Shown: positions 47,201 through 58,707 of the stretch, piece after piece
Numbering within the stretch: position 1 is the first letter of the stretch
Layout of the letters: the number at the start of each line of letters is the position of its first letter
NCBI GenBank assembly: GCA_030141605.1
Contig: JAQGDQ010002375.1
Location: 455,254 to 519,253 of the forward strand
DNA length: 64,000 nt
Direction of reading: 5' to 3'
From: Tubiluchus corallicola
Taxonomy: Eukaryota > Animalia > Priapulida
Notes under the pieces: generated by a model
Database searches by the model: none
What the model was told of the DNA's origin: nothing
Seen by the model: the letters and a program-made list of their open reading frames with translations, nothing else
Translations under genes and position numbers: made by a program

Positions 47201-50200
47201 GGTCCATGGTTGCTATGCCGACTGATTGCGAATGCTCCAGAAAGTTTTAATGAAGGTAAGTTTTCTTGATTTTATTACTATTGCAAAAGTTCATGAGTAC
47301 TGTGATATTTGACCCAGGTTAAAACAAGTCAATACATTCATGCGAAGGACGAAAATGGCAGAAAGTAAAACAAATTTGTGAGTAGTGCTATCCTTTTCCT
47401 TCTCCTTACCCCCCCCCCCCTAAAAAACTGGATAGTATGCAATTCAGGCTTTAGTATTCCATGAAACACAGACTTTATCGCTTAAGAGCCTTTAGGAAAA
47501 GACACTTTGTATTGGTTTTTTGTATTATTATCAAAGTTTTTCTTGCATAATATAGTATGTGAATCTCTGGTAATTAATGGTGAGAAGCAAGACGAGGAGT
47601 CAAATGGTGGAGCGATTCGTTCTAGAACACTCCGGATGCTTGGACAGATGAATCCGACCAGTGCGCTGTGCATACGAGCTTTGACAGTAAGTTCTGCAAT
47701 TAGTCTGATCAGTTGCCACTTTCAGATGACCAGTGTGCTGTGCATACGAGTTTTGACAGTAAATTTTGCAATCAGTCTGATCAGTTGTCACTTTCAGATA
47801 ACCCGTGTGCTGTGTATATGAGCTTTGACAGTAAATTTTGCAGTCAGTCTGATCAGTTGTCACTTTCATACGACCCGTGTGCTGTGCAGAGAGCTAATAT
47901 GGACCCTGTCCTGTTGATGATGCTTTGAATAACATAAGGACATATGATTATATATTGAAAATATGTGAATAAATTATGGGCGTATTTGTTTGAGCATTGT
48001 TGAAAATCTTTAAAATTGGTGGATGGCTTATTTTGAGAAATTGTTATATTTTTAAAAATATCTTTGAAAACATTACAGTCTTAATTTTGCATTAAAAGCA
48101 TTTACTTCAGAAACTTACAGAAATTCCTGTGATATGATTGTCATTAGTTAAGGACGTACATGTACCAATAAATACAACTTTTTGCAAAGTGAAATTTATG
48201 TGGTTTTACCTCTTTTCAGGTGGAACATTGCCATCTACCAGGTTTGGCCGTCGCACTTACGCTAGACCACTATAAAACCTCTGTTTCTATGTCTGAGGAT
48301 GAAGAGTCAGATAACGGAAGAGTCGGATCTAGTGATCTCGTTCCGTTCGTTACTGGCTTGTTGTTAGGCAATGATGCCAATGTACGAACTTGGTTTGCTA
48401 ATTACATACGAATCTCCCAAAAGGTACTGTATGTATATAACATTAGTGTTTCTGTTTTAATGAAACAAGCAGTATAGCAAAACAGCTGCTTAATTTAACC
48501 CTTTCACGATGGAAGGAGGCACTCATGTTTTTCATGCAAGGGACGTAAAGCAGTTGACTGCCGCCCAAGCTGAGCACTAAGTGCAGTAACGAAGGTCTAT
48601 TTATTTTACTGTTACGGCCATGCAAAACATTGTAGAAAAGTTTAACAGCCGTGGAATTGGGATTGCTTCGCAACAAGTAACGCTAACCAGCCGATCAGCA
48701 TCTGAAGCCAGGTGCGTTGCACAGTAATGAACTGTATGGTATGCAAAATCACTTGTAGATCGTTGTTAAACATGTGTTATAGCTAAAACATATTTATTTC
48801 TATAAATATTAGGATTTGTAATCTTTTACTTTAGATAAGTAATTTTTTATTGGCACGACACATTTCTTGCGATTATTTTAAGCAATGTATTATAGCCCTG
48901 TGATAAATGATATTGATTTGTTTCAGCGTAAAAAAGAAGCTTCGCTGTTATTTTCACTGCGCGAGGAGTTGACGCTGGAGTTGCTAAATGTTATTCCATT
49001 GGCTGATGGATTTCTACCGCATCACCACGTTATTCAAGCTAGCTGTCTTCTTCGGCTTTACTCTGCTCTTCGAGGCATAGCTGGTCTCAAGTATGTTTCT
49101 GTTAGACCACGAAATGTTGCCTTTGCATGTAATTTTAATCTGTATGCTTTGAAATGGTAATATATGCATGTAATTAAGATATGATGGCCTCTTAATGGTG
49201 AAGTTAACCAATTCTTTCATTCTTTCAACGTCAGCTTAACTGAAACAAAAAGGTGAAAAAATCTAAGCTGAGATCAGATTTGAACCAGGGCCTTTCAATC
49301 ACAAGTCGAAGAATGGGTCCACTAGACAAGGCACAGGGCTTAGGACCCTTTGGTTTACAACTGTTTTTTCAGAACTGATGTTTTAATGCAATGAGTAACT
49401 ATTTGTTTACTCTTGTATCTTGTATTTGATATAAAGTACCAGAGGATTTGAGCTAGTTGGCCATCACGTAGCTGTAGTAGTTCTTATTTGAAGACTATAA
49501 AATACTGTTCTTACTTTGTGTCTGCATCAGCTTCCTGCATTTAGGATGTTGACTAAAAAGGAAAAGCACCTACTACTCCCACAATTCATTTGACAATGGA
49601 GCAGTTACAGTAACATTAGTGAACAAAATATTGGAGAGAAACAATCAGAACTTGGTAGACAAATATGGGAAATCAGTGGAAATGTCGTTCAAGAATGTTT
49701 CGTCTGCCATAATGCTCTAGAATTTTGTTGTTGTTGAGGAGGTAGTTAAACACTTTGTGCCAGTTCAATGTATCATCTCCGAATCGGGGTTGAAACATCG
49801 TTAGATACCCATCCTGTTACAGCAACTTAATATTTGTAGTAGGCCCGAGTGTTATTGAATGCGGGATATCGACTTTCAGTGTGGAACTGCAAGGACCGTG
49901 TAGGAATTGTGGAGTTAAATTAAGCCCTAGTCCAGTCTTGTCAATGCAACGATGGCACATCTTTTCTGGAATGTCAGACAGTTTTTCTGGTACATTATTG
50001 TAAAGTTTTTTTAAGTAATTTAAATATCCTATAGTCGCTGTAAGTGTTGATGAGATTTGTTTGAACAATAGGTTTTCTGATGAAGAGACACGGCTACTTG
50101 TGCAACTCATAACAAGCCGACCAGTTGCAACTGCCGCAGGTGTAAGATTTCTCTCGCTGGGGCTCTGCATGCTTATTGCTTGCCCGTTTTTAATTACCAA

Positions 50201-53200
50201 TATTGATGAAGACCGCAGGGTAGTACAGTGGATAAAGTGGTTTCTTACAGATGCTAAAAAATTTGAAAGGTAAGATGAAATTTTCAATAAGAAACTTACT
50301 GTAGCTTAAGACCAATAAGTTTTCTTACATTTATTTCCATATTAGTGAAAAATAGCTAGGTGTGTTTGATGCAAGATATAAAAAAATCAAGTCAAAGTGA
50401 GCACTAGTATTATAATTTCATTTTTGCCTTTTTATTTCAGTGTCAGTGGCTCAGAAGCTAATTTCGGAGAACTGCTTCTTTTGTTGGCTATCCATTTCCA
50501 TGGAAACCAGACAAGTGCCATCATTGACCTAGTTTGTTCTACTTTGGGCATGAAGGTGTGTTTACATTGGCTGCAAAAAATTTGCAGTGTAGTATAACAC
50601 AGTATAGCACTATTATAGCGAACAAGGTTTATTGCGTACATACATGTAATGTGAACTTACAAAAAAGAGCGAACATTCGTCATTTATTTTAACTTATATA
50701 ATAGCTTTAAATACAGTGCACTCGGTTATTGTGTATTGGGGACATTTTGCTGGGCCCATTGCCTGTATTACTATGTTATTTATAAGCTTTTACTGTGCAC
50801 TTACCTTTGCCAGTCATTTGCAAATTCATCTTACAGTTAAAATTTAACCCTCATTCCTAGTGGTGCAAAAAAGTTGTTGGGCATGCATCATGCATACTTG
50901 TTAACATGTCGTGTCAAAAAGTCAGTTTATTTACTAGCTGTATAAAGACAATAATTCACTCTGTGGCTTGGCACCCAGCTGTTTTATGTACGTAAACTGG
51001 CAGCACACTCCTGAGATGTTTCTTCAAGTGATGAACACTACTGCAAAAACTTTTTGCACAAGAAACAAATAGAAATTTTATGCAAACTAAACTGCCTGAC
51101 CATTTTGAATCTCATTGATTTGACTTTACTGAACATATGTCACATAAATTTAAAACTGAACGTATACAACGCAATTTAATATGAAACGTTCAATAAATTT
51201 TAGTTTACTGAAATAAATTGCTTTTCATTGAATTTGAAAATACTGCAAAACAGTTGATACTTGATAGCAGCTTCTAAAAGTACTTTATGTCCTCTATGAA
51301 GCCACACATTGTACATCATTAATACGTGCTTGTCTGTCTAGTAGTTATAGACATAATATTAGGCACATCTGTTTATAGAGTGCCTCATTTATAGAGTACT
51401 TGTTTCTGGGTCCCTGGCAGGTTCGCTATAGTGATGTTATACTGTATTTCAATTTCCTACTGTTTAGGTCCTTTAGGGTCCTGTTACTTAAGCGTAGAAA
51501 CATTTAAGTAGTATACTTCCACTTTGTCATATGGAATCATATAGCTTTTGAAACCTGTTTTATGTGGTTGTAAAATGCCAATACAGCTTCTTTGTATGCA
51601 GATTCAAGTGAGGGTGAATACTTTATCCCGTCTCAGAGCGATGTTCACACAAGAGATATTTACAGGACAAGTGGTAACGTCTCATGCTGTCCAGGTGCCC
51701 GTCACGCCAAATCTGAATGCTTCCATGACGGGATACCTTCCTGTTCATTGTACTCATCAGCTGTTGAAGAGCAGATCTTTCACCAAACATAAAGTGCCTA
51801 TAAAGGTTTGTTATTCATTTGAGAGGTTTTCATTGAATTGAAGTTTTGTTTAGTTTTTCTTCCATCTCATTTCCTGTTTTGTTTTACCTAAGTTATTAAT
51901 TTATGCACCTTTTGTGACTGTTGCCAATTTCTTAAGTTCGTTTAAAATTGCAAGTTTAAATTATATTTGTTAAACATGAGTCGTGGTCCAACTATCAGGA
52001 GTTTACAATTCCCCACACAATTTAAATATAACACTAATACTAGCCCTAACCCTAACCCAAACCCAAACCCCAATCCTAACTGCAACCCTAACCCCAATCC
52101 TAACGCTAATCTTAATCCTAACTCAATTCCTAATTGGCTTCACAAACTAATTTCTTGTATGTGGGGAATTTTAAACTTAGCACAAATGTCAATCTACTAC
52201 TATGACAGCAACTGAACTGTTTCAGATTGCCAGTTTGCATTCTATAAATTAAAGAAAATTGTAAGTAAAGCTGAAATTTAACATTTTGCAGTTTGGTTTT
52301 GCTTAAATAAGACTGCTGTCTCTATTCCATAACTTAAAGTTTGAGCCTGGATAATTTTGTTACACTTTATCGCATTCATTTTAAGTAACCAGGCCACGTG
52401 GTTACATTTGAACTAAAACATCTAGTTCCATTTTGCTTGTGAAACTTTTGAAAATGTAGGCTTAACACTACTTTTTCACAACACATTCTTGGTAATGGTG
52501 GTTCACTTGACTACAATTTGTGTTTGAAGTCTGATGAATTAACTAGTAAGAACTTTATATTATGTTGTAAAATACAGGCTTGATTACAATTTTAAAAACT
52601 TTAATAAAAGTTCAACAATAACAGTCAGCCTAAAAACGTATTTATGTTACTTACGTAAGTAGCTTACTTAATTAATTCTTCTGACAACGAGTTTGAAGAA
52701 AATTGCAATACCCACATGCAGAATTCTTTACAGTCTTTTAATAATGAGACGACCATTAAATTGTCTGTGCAGCAGTGACCATGAAAATTAAACTTTATCT
52801 TGAGTTCTTTGACTTGTGTAAAAGCATTTAGTCAACTTGTCTTTGCTTTTATTTAGTCATTTTGTCTTCGCTTTTGTAGGAATGGATTTGCAGGCAAATT
52901 TGCAACTGCAGTACTCCACTACATCCGCTGATGCCTCCACTCATTCAGTCATTTATAACATCGGTAATTGTTCCTCCTGTCAAAGGCGACCAGAAACTGA
53001 CGAACGAGCCTCTCACAGAGCGTGAAGTTTTATCCGTCTTTGAAACCACTGATGCGGCTCAGCAGTCTGGAAGCCGCACGGTGTCACAATTGTTGATGCT
53101 CTACTACCTCCTGCTTTTTGAAGATGTCCGACTGGCAAACATGAAGAACCTGGTGTCTGTCAATAGGAAGGTGCAGCCATATTCTGCGGAGGTGTATGCA

Positions 53201-56200
53201 CAGTTACCCATGCGCTATTTAGTCCAAGAGGCTCAGAAAGAGCAGCAACTTTATGCCGGCCTGTTCGCTCCTCTATTGAAACTGTTAACCATGCACTTTC
53301 CTCATCTTTGTCAGGCAAGTAATACTTATGCAGTATTCAAGTATTTAAGGTTGCTAGATGGACAAGTGAATCTGCATTGTTTGTTTCATCCAGACTAGGT
53401 TGCTAGGTGATGCTATTAGCCTTCTAATGTTGCTTCTTGCAAGGTGACCAGGGATCTTGCTAGTAACATGTGTAGCAAGACCACTGCCTACTTGCTCAAC
53501 ACGTATCTTATTTGATAATGAGTAAAAGAAAGTGCTTTGGCCCTCTCCTCATAGTGTGACAATTTGACAGTGTAGTGTTACGGCTCATTTACATGAGAGA
53601 GTTTTCTCTCGTAAGTTCTCTCTGAGAGATCTTGCAATAATGAATAATGTTTGTCTGCAATAACTTGCAAAAGTAAAGTTAGCCTTTAGCAAAATTGTAA
53701 AATGTTGTATTGCGTGTTTTGGATTATCATATTATGCATTATGGCATTATGCATTCATAATTTAGCATTTACACTATAACACAGAGTGTTCCTTCCAAAA
53801 GAAAGAGTGCAGCACAAAAGAAAGAGTGCATAACAAATTGAACTTTTGCATTATAGCATCATGATGGTCTAAAAATGGTATTACATTTGTTTCAATTTTT
53901 TATTTTTTCAATTTCACTACCATATGACTTAGTTCAACTGATCTATTGGACGTTGTATTTAGCAATATTGGTATGCTTATAAGTTATAAGTTATGAGGTA
54001 TATCAATATTGTGCCGTTGTAACGATCACACTCGGTAGACGTAAAATGCGTTTCCATAACAAACTTTTTATTCTGTGAAAAAAATTATAATTTTGCCACA
54101 TCATCAATTATGAGCAGTTGGAACATTAAGCTTAGTTGACATCTACAAATTTGTCTGTTATAACCCATCATCATTATGCTTGACAGTCCAATAACAATAT
54201 CTGATTACTATCAAAATTAATAAAGAATATTTGTACCTGCAAAAGATAATTAAAATTAAACCTATTAAAAATTCATAATAGAGTGCAGAAACAATACATG
54301 CACAATTGGATCTTCTGAGATTTGGAATGACTTAACAGTCAGCAAGCAATGGCTATAACTACTTCCAAGTGTATAAACAAATTGTGTCACGACTATAAGC
54401 AGATTTGATTTCAGCAACATTTTAACATAAAACACAGGTCTGTTAAACGTAGTTGCAAGAGAAAATCTGCACTACATTAGAAACTGGTTTAACTAAACCT
54501 TCAATGTTGTGGCTTCCAGTCATTGCATTTCTTTTGAAGTCAACGAGCTATGAAAAGTTCGCACCCACTACATCCACACAAAGATCAGCTATAGCTTTTG
54601 TTAACTGCTTTTTTGGAAAACCCTGTAGTAATATATAGTAATTGCTAGCCTGTCAACCTAGATGAAAGCATTTCGAGAAATGAAAGTCTTTGCGAATGAT
54701 ACAGAAAGCGAGTACATCACTTCTAAGCTATTCATGTGATAGTTTTAATGTTAACTGATTGTAATTAACTTGTTTTCTTAGGTTGAGGACTGGATGGTTG
54801 AAGATGTGGAATGTTCACACCTTGCTGTTCAGCACTTAATGCCTCAGTTACAGCTCACCATTGAAGAGCTGAAAAATTCTTTTTTAGACGCGTCTTCTTC
54901 TCCGGGCAAATGTACAGTTCTTTTGGAGCAGCTTACTGTTAAATCGCCTAATGAGTTATTACCATTCACAGAATGCCTTGTGGAAAGCATGCCCTCGTTA
55001 CTCGGTAAAGAGGTGCCACGGCAGATGCTAACTCTTCTTCAGACAGTATGGGTGAAATTGAACACGATCATTCCATTGAAGTTAGGCGTGTTGACTGTCA
55101 ACAGTCTGCGGTTGAAAGCTACAAATATATTACAGCCAGTCATACCTTACACTCAAAATGATATCGTCGTAGATCCGCTGATTGTTTTGCGGTGTGACGA
55201 GCGCGTGTTTAGGTAGGTACTGTGTTCACCAAGTTTCATTCGTTTAAGTCAGTTCACATGAATTCTTAAAAAATTACACAGAGTGTTTCATAAATTATGA
55301 AATGCATTTGTACAATTGTATGAACAATGTTAAATTTCCAAATGACTTTGCAGATAAAGCAATTAATAAAATTTTTATGGGAAAAGGACATTAATTTTAT
55401 TTGCAATTGCACCTTGTTATGTAGAGGCATTTCTTGTTTCTGTGGTTTTCAACCAAGTTTTTAAAATTGGTTTCACTTGACTTTTTTGTTTTTTAATCAC
55501 ACGATCGAGTGTCTAAGAGCAAAACTAACTCCAACCTTTTTATTTAAATTCAGCTGTTATCACAGTTATATGCAGATATATACAAAACATTTATACACAC
55601 TGTCAAAAGCAATTGTAACTTAATAAATTTAACATATTGCAGTAACAGTTGTATCAAATGATAGATTAACTTTGTGTTGAATTACACTGAACTGCAGTTG
55701 TTTTGTAAGTCGAAAATGTTTTCTTTCAGATGTCCGCCAATATTGGAAATCATTCTACGTCTGTTGAGAAGTTACCTTGCTGCCTCGCGTGCTCACCTTG
55801 CAACGCACATACAGTGTAATCCTCTAACAGAGAAACATGGACAAGTGTCCAGTGATGTAGAGAGAGAGGAGTTGAAGAACGCTCTAGTCGCTGCACAAGA
55901 AAGTGCTGCAGCTCAGATTCTCTTAGAGATTTGTCTTCCTACCAAAGAGGATCAGGTGCAATTATATAGGGAAAGTAATTTTACCTTAAGACACAATAGT
56001 GAAGAGATTAGTTTTACAATAAAGATAAAATCATTTGAAGGAAAACTACAATTTTATATAAAGTGATTTTTTTGTGAAATTTTAGTTTTCAATATGTTAC
56101 TGACATACTGTGGTCTATATTTTGCTGCAGCGAGCTAAGATTTTTTGAAATTTAATTTTTTACCTTGAAATAGTATATGTATGATATGTGTGAGCTCATG

Positions 56201-57209
56201 TAGACATCTACTTGTATGAAGAACTGTAATTTTTTGTTTCACTGGCTACAATCTTACTGACGGCAACCATTGTTACCCAGAAAGCTGCAATTTCTCTTCA
56301 TTTTGTTAGTGAGTTGACTAAGTTTTCATAATTACCGCCCAATTACAACCTTTATAACCTAAAATTGATATGTAATGATAACAGTTTAGTTCACAATATG
56401 TCCATAATTGTGTGAGAATTCAGTGATTCAAATTTATTTTTTTTAGTTGCCCGGCTTATTATCTGACCTGCGAGAAGTAAGATGCATCATTTGCTCACAC
56501 CTGCATCAGTGTTTTATAACAGATCCGTACCTTGCCAAACTTGTACATTTTCAGGTAAACTTTTAGTGATATTGTACATCACATGTGAGCTTTCCGTAGT
56601 TTGTTGCATACAGGTTTGTGTGATATTTAAAACGGTGTGAAGAACATGTCTGTCATTTCAGTATTGAAAAAATACTAGGTGAAGTTTGCAATAGTTGCAG
56701 CGATTGATGATGATCATGAAAAGGTCAAAGGTTAAGTGTACCAAACAACACATTTGTGTACTTCGCAGCCCAAGCTATTGTAATTGTAACAGTTTTAACA
56801 GCTATCTAGAACCTTACCTAGTTCATTTTTTCTTGTTCCCAGTAAAGATTCTGCTAGCAAATCACTCTTTGCACAGACTAATGCATAATTACGTAAAGTG
56901 CTCGTAAAACACTTGAAGTTACTGAACTGATGCAGCAGACGGCTTTGCTTTGCACAATTGCTATGCTCACAACGAATCTGCGAAAAGGCTTATTAAATTT
57001 TTTTGTCATGCATTTTGTGACTGGGAAATGGTTAAAGCCACGAATTAAGAGCATATTAACGGAGATCATTAGTGATAATTACTGTTGGTTTTTACTGATA
57101 GGGCTACCGCAGTGAATTGCTGCCAGTGACAGTTGCTGGAATACCAAGCATGCACATCTGTCTGGATTTCATTCCAGAGTTATTGAGCCAACCTCATGTT
57201 GAAGAACAG
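44246..57209 (+). CDS. INTS2: Integrator complex subunit 2, first 15 coding exons (3'-partial; continues past the window)
   Basis: In-phase exons: 44246-44523, 45920-46058, 46452-46554, 47142-47255, 47556-47686, 48220-48423, 48927-49090, 50072-50269, 50441-50555, 51602-51805, 52880-53314 (GC donor), 54782-55212, 55730-55955, 56447-56554, 57102-57209. INTS2 peptides: ILPCLVRMSLCAP, LVINGEKQDEES, LLRLYSALRGIAGLK, FGELLLLLAIHFH, GYLPVHCTHQLLKSRSFTKHKVPIK, DPLIVLRCDERVFRCPP, EREELKNALVAAQESAAAQILLEICL, AKLVHFQGY, GIPSMHICLDFIPELL. No stop codon is reached. Confidence 0.95.
47656..47895 (+). repeat. 72-bp tandem repeat (about 3.3 copies) spanning the INTS2 exon 5 / intron junction
   Basis: Units start at 47656, 47728, 47800 and 47872. 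Each is the last 31 nt of the exon plus the first 41 nt of the intron. Confidence 0.95.
49265..49336 (-). mobile_element. tRNA-like SINE head, decayed
   Basis: The minus strand has A-box-like TTGTCTAGTGG and B-box-like GGTTCAAATCT at tRNA-like spacing. There is no proper acceptor stem. Confidence 0.4.
50600..51444. mobile_element. pogo/Tigger-like (Tc1/mariner superfamily) MITE, 845 bp
   Basis: TIRs CAGTATAGCACTATTATAGCGAAC / revcomp CAGTATAACATCACTATAGCGAAC (20/24 identical). The right flank is TA and the left flank is CA (probably a mutated TA). Confidence 0.7.
52000..52177. repeat. Degenerate (CCCTAA)n telomere-like array flanked by inverted repeats
   Basis: Array at about 52041-52132. 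Left arm AGTTTACAATTCCCCACA (52000-52017) vs revcomp of the right arm AGTTTAAAATTCCCCACA (52160-52177), 17/18 identical. Confidence 0.8.
53315..54781 (+). other. GC-AG intron of INTS2
   Basis: CAG|GCAAGT donor and ttttcttag acceptor. Splicing gives HFPHLCQ-VEDWM, collinear with remembered INTS2 (YPHLCIVDDWI). Confidence 0.85.
53781..53960 (+). mobile_element. Partial second copy of the Tc1/mariner-type MITE at 8639-8900
   Basis: It starts CAGAGTGTTCC, and ttgcattatagcatcatgatggtctaaaaatggtattacatttg aligns with ctgcattatgacatcataatgacttaaaaataacattatatttg (8755-8798). The right boundary is approximate. Confidence 0.5.
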
Positions 57210-58040
57210 GTACATAAATAAGAAGAACGAGAACAATGATAACAGCAAAATGCACCACTTTATAGGTTACTTTGGAAGCGAAAAGTTAATTTTGTTTTTA
57301 ATATCTGTTTGATAGTTATGCTAAATAACACTATATTTGCATGTTAAATTTGGAATTCTTAGTTAACTGAATTGATATCTTAAAGCTCTTCTATATTGTT
57401 TGCATTGTTATAAAATTAAATCAAAAATGATCTTCAGAACCTTGCATAGAGTGATGCAAGTATAGATCTCTTCTTTTATGCTTAGTCCACATAGTCTCTC
57501 AAAGGAATGACATTCAAAACATTGAAATTTATCCAGACAATAAGTTTTCACTGACATTTGCTTTGAATACAACTATTTGTTGAAGAGATGTGCTTTAAAT
57601 TCTTTTAATTTGTGAAATAGCACAAAAACAGCTTGTATGAGCTTTGTTTTACCATGTACTGCAAAAGGAAATCGATATTAAAGAAAAACGAATTTAGACA
57701 AGGAAATGAAACAAGAAGTTACTAACAGATATTTCAGCAATTAAAGCAAAAGCGTAAATGAACTTTTAAATTACATTCATATAACACCAAGTATGTTCGT
57801 TTACTGGACAAATTTTCACCTGCAACTAAACCAGAAACAGTGGGTTATCAAAGCGCCGTAGTTTTCACTTTTGCTGTACACTTCCCGTACAAGTCTGTAA
57901 AACTTTTGTACAATTACTCGCAGAAATTTTTGCACCCATGCACTTTACAAAATGTAATTTGTGTAGTCGCTTTTTGTTAAAAATTCATTTTTTTAGTGAC
58001 AGAGCAGCACTGATACACCCGCTATAAATGAGTTATTCTA

Positions 58041-58246
58041 CGCCATTAATTAAAGAATGTTCCAGCTTTGTCTCAAACACCAAGACGACAAGAATAAATT
58101 TAACAACTTTATTGTAACTCGCAAAGCAACGAGGTTATGACTAGAAAGATGAGCGCAACCCGAAAAACAAAGAAGCTGAAAACAAAAGAGCAACTTTGCA
58201 AAAGGGGTAAAGTTGATAAAACTAACAACACGCATGTATACTGGCG
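58041..58246 (-). repeat. 3' LTR (206 bp)
   Basis: Identity with the other LTR starts at 58040/63799. The ends form an inverted repeat CGCCAtTA...TAcTGGCG (7/8). A minus-strand AATAAA lies at 58113-58108. Confidence 0.9.
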
Positions 58247-58249
58247 CGG

Positions 58250-58269
58250 CTTCTCTTTTCCTTTTTCTT
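58250..58269 (-). other. Polypurine tract (plus-strand primer)
   Basis: Minus strand AAGAAAAAGGAAAAGAGAAG, 3 nt before the 3' LTR. Confidence 0.88.
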
Positions 58270-58707
58270 AACCGATGGCTAGAAACAAAATCAAACAACA
58301 TTTAGTATACATGTAATATGACACAAAAGGTGAAACTTGTAACTAGAATTACAATACAAACGATATAGAATGTAATTTATGAACTATCGCAAACTACGAT
58401 GTGCGGTGCACAACATTAATATACGTTGTTTATCATGAAAACAGTATGTGCTTGTACAGTAATGCGAATATAAGTGCATTAACGATAGCTGTCACAGTAT
58501 TACATATAGAAAGAGGTAATACACAGATGACCAAAGAAATACAGCACGACTATAATAGAACTTAGCATGAAGTCAATGATTTAGGGTAATATTATCAGAT
58601 TATGTTACTCAAAAACGCAATACAAAATTTGTGTGTAACTTACATTATAAAGTCAAAAAGGCACACTTACAACTTGATATGTAAATGCTGAAGAAAAAGG
58701 ATAAAAT

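Noticed and set aside
47656-47895. CRISPR-like regularly spaced repeats
   Set aside because: The units are contiguous with no unique spacers, they derive from the INTS2 exon/intron junction, and the context is eukaryotic with no cas genes.
49817-50287. 156-aa minus-strand ORF as an antisense gene
   Set aside because: It overlaps INTS2 exon 50072-50269 in antisense, has a non-ATG start and has no recognisable motif.
51967-52215. (NP)n ORF, or a true telomere or chromosome-fusion scar
   Set aside because: The ORF is the translated CCCTAA-like array. The array is short, degenerate, in one orientation, intronic and bounded by inverted repeats.
58050-58301. Duplicated small ORF (also 63809-63994)
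   Set aside because: It is the LTR sequence translated twice, with no coding signature.
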